Assembly (NCBI GenBank): GCA_964276515.1
Contig: OZ193909.1
Coordinates: 13,764,001-13,828,000 of the forward strand
DNA: 64,000 bases
DNA from: Gordius albopunctatus
Lineage: Eukaryota
Direction of reading: 5' to 3'
Shown here: positions 12,220 through 24,142 of the stretch, piece after piece
How the letters are laid out: every line of letters begins with the position of its first letter
Position numbering within the stretch: the first letter of the stretch is position 1
Notes under the pieces: model-generated
Database searches by the model: none
What the model was told of the DNA's origin: nothing
The model's input: only the letters and a program-made list of their open reading frames with translations
Program-made: the position numbers and the translations under genes

Positions 12220-13763
12220 TAGAGAACTGCAAAGTCACTTTTTTCCAACCCGAACCCGACCCAAATTTTTTTTTTAATTTTCAACCCAAACACGACCCGA
12301 CACGAAAGCATTTAAACATTTTCAACCCGAACTCGACCCGAAAGCGCTTAAAATTCTTAACCGAATCCCTTCCGAACGTTTTTCAAACTTTGGTATCCAA
12401 CGCGAGAGTAATAAAAATTGTTGTGTGCATGGGTGTAGCCAGGGCGTGGCAGGGACGGTAGGCTCTCCCCCTCTAAATCCAAAAAATCCTAGGTATTTTA
12501 TCCAATTATCGCTAAAATTTAAAAAATGGTTGTTTTGCCCCTCCCTTAATCATTATTACCTCCTTTTAATTTCAATCCTGGCTACGCTTATGAGAGTGTT
12601 TAAAATTTAATAGACAAATTAAAGTGCTATTATGAAACTAATTGATTCCACAGATTTTGATTACCAAATTTATTCAAATGATTTATTATACAGATATATA
12701 AATATGATAGCATCTACAATATCTAGTCACGTGTAATTTGAAATATTCAGTTTTGCAAATGAATAAAATTAATTTTATTTGTTTTATAAATATATATTTA
12801 AGTTGAAATTAATAATAAACTGCCACTTCACACTATTTAAAAATATTATTTTGTGGATATATTTTACCTTTCACGGGTTAAATTTAAATTTGCGTCCAAA
12901 TAAAAACAATCAGATTTAAGAAACAAAAGGAATTTAATTAACCGAATGAATAATCTTCAATTATACTCTCATGTCCCAGCTGCGCGGAATAAGGTAAAAA
13001 AGTCCGCGGGAACATGATTCAAGGTTCGAAGGGGACTCAGGAATATATTGGGAGAATTGTGGAGGATAGGGGAATATATTGGGAGACGGCTGGGTAGTGG
13101 ACAAAAGGTTACAAGACTCCACCGCGTACACGACAATATACCTTAATTGTTTTCCCTACATATTTTATTCACTTAAAACTAAGAAAAAAATATAATGATC
13201 GAAAAATCAAACAACTCTCGATACAGTACGTTGTGTATGCGTAAACAAAATTAATGATGCGTGCAATAATAATATATGGGGAAGAAATAACAAACACATA
13301 TAGGCGCGTGGGGGGGGGGGGTGGGAAGTCACACACACGTAAGTAAAATTAAATGTAAAGGAAAAGATGTATACTCCAGTATACCACATATGAAATAGTA
13401 GGGCCTGGGAGGGGAGATTGTATAGACATAAATAAATTTACATTCTGACGAACAAAAGAGCCCTTTAATTAAAATCAGTACAGGAAATACAGCAGATGTT
13501 TTAAATCAACGAACTTGCAATAAATCTACAAAGAAAGAAGGGAGGAATCGAATAAGTATGTATGAGATACATAGGAAAATCCTTCATCCGTATGTATATA
13601 CGACATAAACATTTCAATGTTAATTAAAAAATATTATACAAAATAGCATTTATTTAAAAGATATGTCCCATGTATTTTGCAATTTAAACCTTTGACTCGA
13701 CACTTTAAATCCAACCCGACCCGAAGACATTTCAAAATTTTCAACCCGAAACCCGATTCTCTA
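12220..13763 (+). mobile_element. hAT-type MITE with ACCCG subterminal repeats, containing a GC-rich MITE (12428-12592) and a ~640 bp insert (~12966-13606)
   Basis: TAGAGAACTGCA start, ...TTCTCTA end, degenerate 8-bp TSD ATTTCATT/ATATAATT; reverse-complement homolog at 41971-42846. Confidence 0.75.
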
Positions 13764-13844
13764 ATATAATTGTACAAAGAAATGCCAGCCTCCTTTTTTT
13801 GATCTTGGTCAATAAAAAATTATCTTGCATTTATCTAAAACTTC

Positions 13845-15271
13845 CCGCGCTATTTACTCGTCTCGGTCTCGAAAACATAATCTCGTCTCAGCAGCGATTA
13901 TGAAAATCTCGTCTCGACTTTTAAAAAAAATATATAGGGAATAAAAATTTCTCCTGTTTTATTAAAAATATTAAATAAGCTTTAAAGAATTAAAATGCCA
14001 AATTTTTATATTTTTTGATAAACTTTAATACACAAACTTTTTAAAGATTTAGCGGGACACCACATCTATTTGTCAATATAAAGATATGAATTCATTCAAA
14101 AAATAACATTTTCTATGGAAAGTGCAGAGTAAAAAACTATAAATAAATTTGAAGTATAGAAAATTAAATTTTATTGTTCTAGCAAATTATAACGTTTGTA
14201 TCAATACACCGTGTTTGTCAACTATATAGACTTAGAAAATAATAATTTCGGTTATAGTTGACTAAGTTGCACAATTTAGCAAATTGAGACCCTTTATTAA
14301 CCCTGGCTAAAGCTTCAAAGTAGGCCTTAACATATTTAAGGCAAACATTTAAGTCCATTAGTACCATTATTAATTATAGCCCATAGTGTTTATTGCATCT
14401 TTACTATAGCGTTATAAACCACAATGTGCGAGTGACTGTTGATTGATAATATTATTATTTACAGAATTGATAACTAGATGCACATATAAAAACGGGTAAC
14501 AATAAAAGCAGTATTATTATAGGATTAGGAATATGAGGTTTTAAACTCTAAATTGCACGTATTTAAATTTATGACAAAAATCATTAAAATCAAATTTGTA
14601 TTCCAAATAATTATCTTCCAATTCTAACTAACTTTGACATTAAATAGTTATTTATCGAATATAGTTGAAGCATAAAACTTCTATAAAACTCATGCTTTAG
14701 ATTTAATCTATTGCGGTGTCATTAAATAATCTATTGTACTTTTGAAATCGTTAAAGCGGGTGCTAAAAAATCTCAAGCCACCTTAGCTTAACTAGTTTAA
14801 TTATTCAAACTGATTGACCATCAATTTATAATTACCACATTATGCAGGATGAATAACTGCAAAATATAAATATGCTTTATTTATATTTACTATTCAATCA
14901 GAACTCATTCTAAGCTATAATTTTGTAATATTAATAATGCTAATAATGCTATGGATTTAAATATGTGATAAAAATATTATAAAATTATTCACATATCATA
15001 AGGGTCAACCATACTTAGGTAAATCCTGAAAAAATATAATACTTACAGGAATTTTTTTAATGTCAAATATATTCCATACGTATTAATTTAAACTTAATAC
15101 CTAAAATGTAAATCATGCAAATTAAAATACACAATAATTTACTAAAATATAACGATAAAAAAGTCGAGATCTCGCCGATAAAATCTTGTCTCGTCTCGAC
15201 ATCAAAATTCTCGTCTCGGTTTTTCGAGACGAGAAGAGACCGAGATTTTTCTCGGTTTTTCCGCATCACTA
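13845..15271 (-). mobile_element. second, inverted copy of the TAGTGATG/(GAGAC)n element
   Basis: Ends ...TTTTCCGCATCACTA at 15271; colinear reverse complement of 8726-10281. Confidence 0.7.
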
Positions 15272-15535
15272 GCTATTTAGCATATTATTGTGTTTCTCGA
15301 ATATAACCAAACGAAAGTAAAAGGAAAGGGCTAGACTTCTATGACTATACCTACCCCGAATTTTTCATAGACATTAATTAAATAAGTTTAAAAAATGTAA
15401 CTTCTTAAATAAAACTTAAATTAGCGTAATATTGACACCAAAAATTAGTCGTGAAAAAGGAAATATTATATCAATTACCTGCCTTAAAAAACGTTTCTTC
15501 TTTATAAAATAGAATTTTTTTATTCTTTTAACTTA

Positions 15536-17366
15536 CAGCGTTTACCTAAACTTTTGCACTTTGTATGGATCTCCTGCACACTAGTAGGGGAGAAAAGGGG
15601 TAATCCATCATAGCGTTTAACATGAATCGCTCATTCCTTCTCTCCCCTTCGCATGTAACACACACCTTCCCCAACCTTACATGTTATTTAGCAACTCATA
15701 CTCCATATTTTGCACTTTTTTTTATAAAATGGTCGTTTTTTGTATAAATTAGTGAATTTTTTTCCAAATTTTTTCTAGTATAGTTTAAATTAATTAAACT
15801 TAAATTTTTTAATGATTAATTTTTTTTAATTTAAAGTTTATTCAACCTTAAAAATGAAATTTTGCCATGTATACATTTATTGCCGAAAAAATAATGTAAA
15901 ATACAATAAAATATGCATATATAAAACAAAAGAAATTCATATAAAATTTAATAATCAATATTTTCATTATTCAAACACGGGAAAAATAATTTCGACAATC
16001 TTCTGAAGTAATCTAACGATTAATGTAATATTGTATATGTAAAATGTAAATTACTTCGGATTTAGAATTTTCTACGCGTGTTAATAAATTCCTCTCATTT
16101 TGAGGTTCGTCTTTTCTCACGATGAACTTCAATTTCCTAAAGACCTACTCTATAGGATTTAGAAAAGGGGAATATGATGGTAAATATAAAGCTTTATGAC
16201 CAAAAGCTGCTAAGGTATTTTTTACTAACAGGGAATGGTGTAATGGAACATTGTCCATTACGATGATGCAGTTTTGAATATTTTTATTCGTTAGGTATTC
16301 AAATAATTCAATTAAAGTCATAAATTTAGCGCTATTGTAGGCACCGTTCAAAATTTTGTAATAAATTAATTCTTGCCTTGTTATTGCACAGCACATGCTT
16401 AAATTTCGGCTTTTAAGGGCTTTAACCTTCTTTATTGCACTTTCGTTAGTAGCTGCCCTTCCATAAATAGCCCTCATCGATACATTGAACCCCGTTTCAT
16501 CCATGAGTATGATGTTAAGATCGAGGGCTAAAAAACGGCAAAACACTTGCATATATTTCCGTATTTTATTAATAACGTCTTCATCATTGCGCCTTTCAGG
16601 AATCATTGCTATGCGTTTAAATGAATAATGGAAACCTTTGATTTCCTGGGCGATTGTAGTAGGACAAACATCGAGATTGTATTTATCCTTAATTTTTTGA
16701 TGAAATTGAAATGTGGTACATGTAATTTTTTTTGTCGCCCAGCACACTTTTTGGCGTTATCTCTCCCTTCTTCGTAAAATTTTTTAACAGATCTCATTGC
16801 TTGAAACCGCGATATATCTAGTAATTTTGCGATTTCAACATAGGATTTTCCATCTTGGCTAAGCTTTATTGCCAATTTTCGAGTTTGCTGATCCGTCATT
16901 TTATAAAATACCAAAATAATGAACAAATTTAGACGGGAAAAAATTATTAAAGGCGCAGGGTCAGTTGCAAGAGTTCCCAAAACACATTTCACGGTAAAAA
17001 AGGGGTGAGGTACATGCCGCATGCCAAATAGGGAGACGGAAAGAGGTAGTGAAATTAGATTTTCATCCAGGAAATATTTTTAAGGTTGAATAAACTTTAA
17101 ATTAAAAAAATTAAGTTTAATTAATTTAAACAATATTAGAAAAAAAATTCACTAATTTATACAAAAAACGACCATTTTATAAAAAAGTGCAAAATATGGT
17201 TTATGAGTTGCTAAATAACATGTAAGGTTGGGGAAGGAGTGTGTTACATGCGAAGGGGAGAGAAGGAATGAGCGATTCATGTTAAACGCTATGATGGATT
17301 ACCCCTTATCTCCCCTACTAGTGTGCAGGAGATCCATACAAAGTGCAAAAGTTTAGGTAAAGGCTG
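15536..17366 (-). mobile_element. IS630-Tc1-mariner DNA transposon (DD34E) with ~300 bp TIRs and TA TSD
   Basis: TA|CAGCGTTTACCTAAACTTTTGCAC... and ...GTGCAAAAGTTTAGGTAAAGGCTG|TA; TIRs ~15536-15853 and ~17075-17366. Confidence 0.9.
15949..16899 (-). pseudogene. DD34E transposase, frameshifted and with a premature stop
   Basis: HTH N-terminus MTDQQTRKLAIKLSQDGKSYVEIAKLL; MDETGF, VMDNVPLH, YSPFLNPIE with 34 residues between the second D and E; split across two ORFs; TAG immediately after the catalytic E. Confidence 0.85.
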
Positions 17367-17410
17367 TATGATAGAACACAAATATGATGTAAATATTAAA
17401 TTTGAAATGG

Positions 17411-17525
17411 CATGGGCAAAGCCTGCATTGGAATTAGAGGGAGAAAAATAATAATTTTTTGAAAATTTAGCCATAATTTTAATAAATTTTTTGGATTTAT
17501 AGAGGGGCACCCCTAGCTGCACCAA
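17411..17525. mobile_element. degenerate GC-rich MITE
   Basis: CATGGGC start and internal tttagccataatttt core shared (reverse orientation) with 12428-12592. Confidence 0.5.
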
Positions 17526-18110
17526 TTTTAATTGGTATTCGTATTATAATTACAAAGATAAAAGTAACCCAAGGTAATTCAAGTTTAAAAATGTTGGCTG
17601 TAAATATAATGTGTGAATAGAAGTGTAGTTTAATGTTAAATGCTTATATCATGTTTGGATGAGAGTGGGAATAGGTGAAAAGGATTTTCTAATAAATAAT
17701 TTGAAATTCAAAACAGTTGCAAAGTTAAAGTTAATTGTAAGTCAAAAGTAAATTATAAATTTATCTCTATTTTATATAAACTAGGGTTTGAGCATATAAG
17801 AAATAGAATTTCAAAAGGTATTAATAATAAATATTATTAATTTGGGCTTGAAAAAAATTTTAATGAACATTTATATTATACATTTGAATATTATGCAAAA
17901 TGATATCCATCCTTTTTTAAACAGCAAATATAATTATATATAGAAAAGTGCTAGGCATTTTTAATTTAAATCTTTAAAAAAATATTATTAACAAATAAAT
18001 AATATTATAAAATAATTTAAGATTGATCTATACAATATCAATGAAAATTGGGTTTAGTTGACTCATTTAAAGCAATATAATGGAATGTCTAAACAAAATG
18101 AGCTTAAATT

Positions 18111-18700
18111 TTAATCAGATGCATTAGAGGATAATGGAGGACAAGCAGGTAAAGAAGAATGGGAGGAGGCAAGTCTGTTTTCACAAATATCAAGTAATCT
18201 TCTAATCTCTTTTGTTTGCTGGGCAAGGTTACCAGCTGGTTCCATGGCTTTCCCTATCTCTTCACATTTAGCCATTAACCCATACATGGTCTTAATGGTT
18301 GAATCAATACTATCACATGCATCCAAAATGCCATCTGCATATGTATCTACACTTTTCATTGCTGGCTTGGAGATCTTAAATAAAATTTATAACACAGACC
18401 ATAAATATGTTTATTAATGTTTTTAGGTTGATACCTAATAATACCAGATTTTACTACTAAGACAATTACATATGATCTAGAGTTATAATTTGGTAAAGGA
18501 TATTCTGTACATATAACTAATTATACTTCTTCCAGCTCCTTTTTAAGGGTTTCATTTAATGCCACTATTTCAGAAGATATTCTAGACGTTTGTTGATCAA
18601 GATCATGAATAAATTTGATGTCAATAGGGAAGTCTAGCTCATTTTCATTACTTTCTGAAAGTTGTAAATTTTTATTAATCTGAACTCCTTGTTCATTCAT
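18111..18700 (-). CDS. BORCS6: BLOC-1-related complex subunit 6 (lyspersin); exons 18700-18527 and 18374-18111, 145 aa
   Basis: Spliced protein ...IHDLDQQ...LKKELEE|ISKPAMKSVDTYADGILDACDSIDSTIKTMYGLMAKCEEI...QTKEIRRLLD matches the BORCS6 core TY.D.....D..IK.MY.L.A.CEEL; phase-0 GT-AG intron of 152 bp. Confidence 0.85.
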
Positions 18701-18782
18701 TTGACTAACACCGTCAATTAATTACTACCACTAAAATGTCATCTGCTAACACCAGTAAGAAAGGAATATGCGGAGGAGGGCA

Positions 18783-18821
18783 ACTGTACACATAGACTAA
18801 TAAATAGTCTATGACTGTACA
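18783..18821. mobile_element. 23-bp palindromic transposon remnant flanked by an 8-bp direct repeat
   Basis: ACTGTACA-CATAGACTA-ATAAA-TAGTCTATG-ACTGTACA. Confidence 0.65.
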
Positions 18822-19549
18822 TGAACCCCAAATAATTTAAAAACTATTACACGTTTAGCCATAAATCTAACCCCCTCTCAAAAATACTACTACTAAACAT
18901 CAAAAGTTCGAATGATTATGCTTAGCGAAAATTTGTTTAAAATTGAACTTAATTCGTAAATTTAAATTTGATTAAGTTATTTCTTGACAAGGTTAAGTTT
19001 GATAGGTATACAATAAAAATTTAGTAAATAATTTTGACGTTAAAGTAATCTGTTAATATTAAATTTTGTGATTTTTGTAAAATAAATGTTAAATTTTAAG
19101 CCAATGCCATCTTCCATTAAAGGCATAATTTACATAGGGGGTTGTGTAAAAAATTTAAGGCTAGCACCGTAAGAAATTTTTAGCTAATGGACTTATTGGG
19201 ATAATTATGTTTAATTGTCATGTGCGTGATATATACTCACTCTCTAAGGCATTCTTTAATCATTCACATTTATTAACCGTTTATTCTTTTTCGGGCAGAA
19301 ATCCTGAGGAAGGATGGGAGGATACATTTTATTTCTTCTATAATCTTGAGACTTTGCGATCTTTAAGCGTTCCTTCTTTCACACTTAATTAGTATATGTT
19401 TTAATATTAATTTTATACGTTTACAATATATAATTCGAATCAATTCCAATTAATTAATTTAATATTTTAAATTTATATTAAAATTTCGAAAATAAATTAC
19501 TAGCTTTGTTTCTGTTACCATATAATTGCTTTTATATATTGTACTCAGT

Positions 19550-19711
19550 CATGGTCGTAGTCAAGGAGGGGGTGGGGGCGGCTACCCCCCTCTAAGCACA
19601 AATATTTGCCGAAACTTATTAAGATTATGGCTAAAATTTAAAAAAATGATCATTTTAACCCTCACCAAATTATTATGCCCCCCCTCTAATCCCACGGCTG
19701 GCTACGCCCTT
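19550..19711. mobile_element. GC-rich MITE
   Basis: CATGGTCGTAG...CTGGCTACGCCC with the family core ttatggctaaaatttaaaaaa. Confidence 0.75.
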
Positions 19712-22296
19712 AGCTTAGCCCTGACGTACAAATTTTATAATGAGAGCTTTAATAACTCGGACATGGCCGGGTGAACACTGGGTTCGAGAAGATAGTAGAG
19801 AAGAGTGACTTATGATTTTTGCCATTACATTAAAATTTTAATTAGATTCCCTTAAAATTTGAATTAGATTCCCCCAGAATTAAATAACATACTTCAATTT
19901 ATCTCAAATTTAATGTCATATTTTGTAAAACCCATAAACATATAACATATAACATAAATGTTAGAACGAGTTTTTCGATCTCGTCTCGTCAATATCTCTA
20001 AAAAACCTTTCAGACCTAGAAAAATGTCGGTCTAGTCTCCTATCAAAGAGAAATTAAGACATGTCGCGACTTTAAAACAATCATACAAACCCTGGCTACG
20101 CGCCTGTTTTAGTCGAGTAAACATGAATAGACCAAAGATTTTTTGGTCAAACCTTTGGTATATTTATGTTACTAAGAAAAACAGACTTTCGTATCGTCTG
20201 ATCACGTAGAAATTCTCGTCAGATTTTTCTAACGTTTGATTAAGTCCTTCAAAAATTAATACAAATCATGAAACTAGGCCAAGTTGGAAAAATGCAAATT
20301 TTGATTAGGTGTGGTTGGCTATGCTATGGTTACAATATAAAAACTAAATATTTTAGACACTTATCTGATTTAAAAATAACACTAAGGCCTCTAGTTACCT
20401 TTAAAATTGGAAATTGGCGGTATTTAATATCGCTACCTAAAAGAAACTCAATGATAGCCTCATAATACCGCTTGTAGGTTTTAATTCCATTCGATCAGAG
20501 CATAAAATTGATAGTTGATAAGATTTGAGTTTTAAGGACATTATAGCAAGTCTAGACAATGGGTTGAAAGTACCTACATTTTATTAGCTACTGCAATTTT
20601 ATATATATTTTTACAGATCTTAAGAACTCGGCTGATCAGAGAGCCTTTCCAAAAGCCCAATTTATTGATAAAGATATTACTTCTTTTCTCTGTATGGTTT
20701 AACCGGAAACAGTATATTGAAGGTGTATCGAAAGGGGAAATAGAAATAAAAGCAATTATATGAATTGACAGTTTTTAGCGAATAAACTTCAAAAGCTGTA
20801 GTACCATAAAAGCGAAAATATGAGGGCAATATAAAATTTTAACGCTTTAGGTTTTCTTTTGATAAAGATTTGATAGGATAAAAGTTTAATGACTATAATC
20901 TCAATTTACAAAGGAACTAATGATTCAGAACGGACGATATATCATTTGCCCTATACACTATTAAAATTTTTAATTTATGGGTGATAGGAAGATTTGTCAT
21001 TATACTAAAAATAAAAGTTTCCTTTTATTTAATTTTTCCAACACACTCGTTGGAGAGAAAAACGGTTCTACTTCGCTATTTTAAATTACTAGATAATCTT
21101 AAAGCTCATTTTATAATGATGAAACTATACTACTAAAACTATACAAAAAGACTATTAAAAACTTGTAATATTAATATAAGAATATTGAAAATTTTTAAAC
21201 GTGAATTATTGCTTAGTAAAAAATTGCAAAAATTACATTGATAGTCAACTTTTTCGTCTCTTGTTAAACATTGATCAATGTGTTGCGTTACATAAAATTA
21301 ATCCAGATAGTAAAATAAAAAATATTTTTAATTAAACATTAAAAATTTCATTGCATTTGTAAATTTATAAACTTCACTTTAAATAAATTTTTTATCGATA
21401 AATTTCTTTTTAATTAAGAAATTGTTAATTCAGGCAAAAATAAAGCATTTGGACTGTAAATTGTTCAAACTAAATTAAATCATTGTTAATTATTTAAATT
21501 ATTTGGTAGTTGACATCGTGCCTGCAAACACTGTCGTTTTATAATTTAAGACAACCTATACTATACTTTATTAGCTAAAAATTTTACACGATACTATAAT
21601 AGTGCGCTTAATTGTTTTCTATTATTAAATTTGTCAAGGCCAGAGAAGTGAAAAGGAAGAGTAATTTATTATCTATGATTTAAAAATAATATGTCCCTCA
21701 CACCACTGTAACAGACTTTAAATAATGTATTCCAATTACAGTGGTAATGAGGTAATCCTTTTAGCCTATAAATACTATTTAATGTATTATAATAAAATAA
21801 AGAGCACCCGATCCCTTTCCACTAATCGCTTTTATAATCTATAAAAAGGTGCGTCCTTTAACATTATTCCCCCAAATAGATTTCATATCCCCATGTCAGC
21901 CTTCTAAAAATATCAGTTATCATCATAGGGACTCAAGAGTCGTTTATTCATAGTTTTATACTTTTTTGTTCGTAGAAAATCTTCAAACATTTATAATCAT
22001 TGTTATTTTGGAAAACTCTATCATTTTTGAAGGTCGAGTGCTGGGTATTCCCCTCCCCCTAAAGAAGCCCTGCATTTTTCAAGTCGTGTTAAGAAACGAT
22101 AATTAATTATTTCTCATTTGGTGTTTGTAGCATTTATCGATAAGATCGTTTCATATCCCCATAAAGGTGTCATCGCTACGTTTAATTACCTGGGTAATTG
22201 ACTTTAACGAATAATTCGTTTTTTTCAGAAGCACTTCTCACTAATAATATTTTAGCCATTTTTGTAATCAATTTTGTTATTGTTTTTTATCAAAGC

Positions 22297-23484
22297 ATGG
22301 ATCCAACTTGCGATGTGATAAACAAAAAATATTTTAGACACAAGAGTTTGCTCTACACGTTCAATCAATTTTCATCAACCGCGCTCTTTATCTTGGGCTT
22401 ATTCGGGAATAGCGCTGCATTTTACTTCGTCAATGATACTCGGATCCGAAAATGGACGAATCTATTAATCCCCCCAAAATATCTAAATCCTAACGAATAC
22501 ATGCTAAGATGGTTTTACGCTATAAATTTTTTCAATACCGTTTTCATGATTCCATCTCCATTACTAAAGTTATTTGGTGACAAAAGTTCCAATCCAGTTT
22601 GGCACACCAGATTATGGGTCGTTTACATAGCAAAATATCATTATCCCATAGCGAAGTCTTTCATAAATTTTGGCTTTCTCATTTATGTTTGGCTGTGCGT
22701 TAATCAGTTGATTGCCATCGTGAAGCCTTACAGGTATAAGAATTTAGTTACTCGCCGCCTAGTTAATTTTGTGCTCATCTCATCTTTGCTCTATTCTTTC
22801 CTTTGGCATTTTCCAATTCATCATTGGTTCGAAATTTACACGATAACATGCACTGACAAAATGTCAATTGATGCCAATGACACTCGTTATATTTATCTAT
22901 ACCGACCCGTGTCCTACCCGTTGGGGAGAAGTGCTAGACTGATGACACTTTGGACGTCCTATGAAATTTTGCGAGAAGTTTTTAATACAATTATACCCTT
23001 CTTAGGTGTTTTGCTGTGCAAGATTTATTTGCTTATGAGGGCAAGCAAAGCCGTTCAAAATATATCGCTTATTAATTACATATCCAAAACATACATAAGT
23101 ATTGTCAAAAGAGAGAATAAAATTGCGCCTACACAGACTGGGAGCCATTTATCTTTAAATAGCATAGAATCTTTGCAAAATAAGGGCCGCCTGAGACCAG
23201 GGATTTATGGGTATAAAAAAATTCTGGATAATAAAACACTGGCTAAAACTCTCGTGATACTGTCTTGTCAATTTATATTTCTCTTATTTCCATTGTCGAT
23301 CATGGAAATGCTAATGAATCAATTGCTGAACCGTTATTCAATCAAGACTCTAGCGGCGTTGTATATATTATTATTCATTTTTCAGTATGTCTATGTAACT
23401 TCTACCTTTTATATTAATCTCATTTTTAATGGCAATTACAGAAAGTACATTTTGAAACGATGCAAAACACTATTCAACATGTGA
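22297..23484 (+). CDS. intronless divergent class A (rhodopsin-like) GPCR, ~395 aa
   Basis: First in-frame ATG at 22297; about seven hydrophobic segments; TM1 GLFGN, TM3 CVNQLIAIVKPYRY, TM5 IIPF, TM6 LLFP, TM7/helix 8 FYINLIFNGNYRK. Confidence 0.8.
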   Translation: MDPTCDVINKKYFRHKSLLYTFNQFSSTALFILGLFGNSAAFYFVNDTRIRKWTNLLIPPKYLNPNEYMLRWFYAINFFNTVFMIPSPLLKLFGDKSSNPVWHTRLWVVYIAKYHYPIAKSFINFGFLIYVWLCVNQLIAIVKPYRYKNLVTRRLVNFVLISSLLYSFLWHFPIHHWFEIYTITCTDKMSIDANDTRYIYLYRPVSYPLGRSARLMTLWTSYEILREVFNTIIPFLGVLLCKIYLLMRASKAVQNISLINYISKTYISIVKRENKIAPTQTGSHLSLNSIESLQNKGRLRPGIYGYKKILDNKTLAKTLVILSCQFIFLLFPLSIMEMLMNQLLNRYSIKTLAALYILLFIFQYVYVTSTFYINLIFNGNYRKYILKRCKTLFNM

Positions 23485-23823
23485 TTTGATATAAATCGAT
23501 TAGTGATTCATCCAATAATCGCAAATATAAAGTCGATGTCTTTTTTTTCCAAAAATATTGTTTGCAAAATAAAAGAACTTTAATCTCAGGGAGGGGGTTG
23601 TAAATTACGCGTTATTTTTGAAATGCAAGGCCTGCGGTTCACCCCGCTTACAACTATTTATTTCGTGATAGAAAATATAGATCGTTAAAAAGACCATCAG
23701 GCCTGGATAGTCAGCGTCATCCCTTATTCAATTTACAAAGGAAGCTGAAGTTTGACAATAGCTATAGGGGAAAGAGGATCAATTTTTTTTGTCTTAATTT
23801 GGATAAGATTTGTATTAAAGAGT

Positions 23824-24142
23824 CAGGCGCGTAGCCAGGATTTTCTCCGGGGGGGGGGAATTCCGACAATTTTTGTAACATTTTTATTTCAACATTAAAA
23901 TTATAAAATATGGTATAAAACATAAAGAAAGTCATTATAAAATAATTTTATATTTTCTTTTTCCCAGCGATAATATCTCAAGAACTTCATCTGGAGTGGG
24001 AGCTAATTCCAATAAATTGCATAGCAATTAATAAGTGTCTTACTTGGTCAGTTACGTTGCACAACTATAAAATATAAACTTTAGATCTAAAATAATTTTT
24101 TCCCATAAAAAATGGGAGGGGGGGGAACGCATTTACGCCACT
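23824..24142. mobile_element. GC-rich MITE, CAGGCGCGTAGCCAGG subfamily
   Basis: Terminus is the reverse complement of gagaaaatcctggctacgcgcctg (~34073-34096) and of 20092-20106. Confidence 0.6.

Noticed and set aside
22198..22296. N-terminal extension of the GPCR ORF
   Set aside because: Depends on a TTG start from the ORF caller; the first ATG is at 22297.
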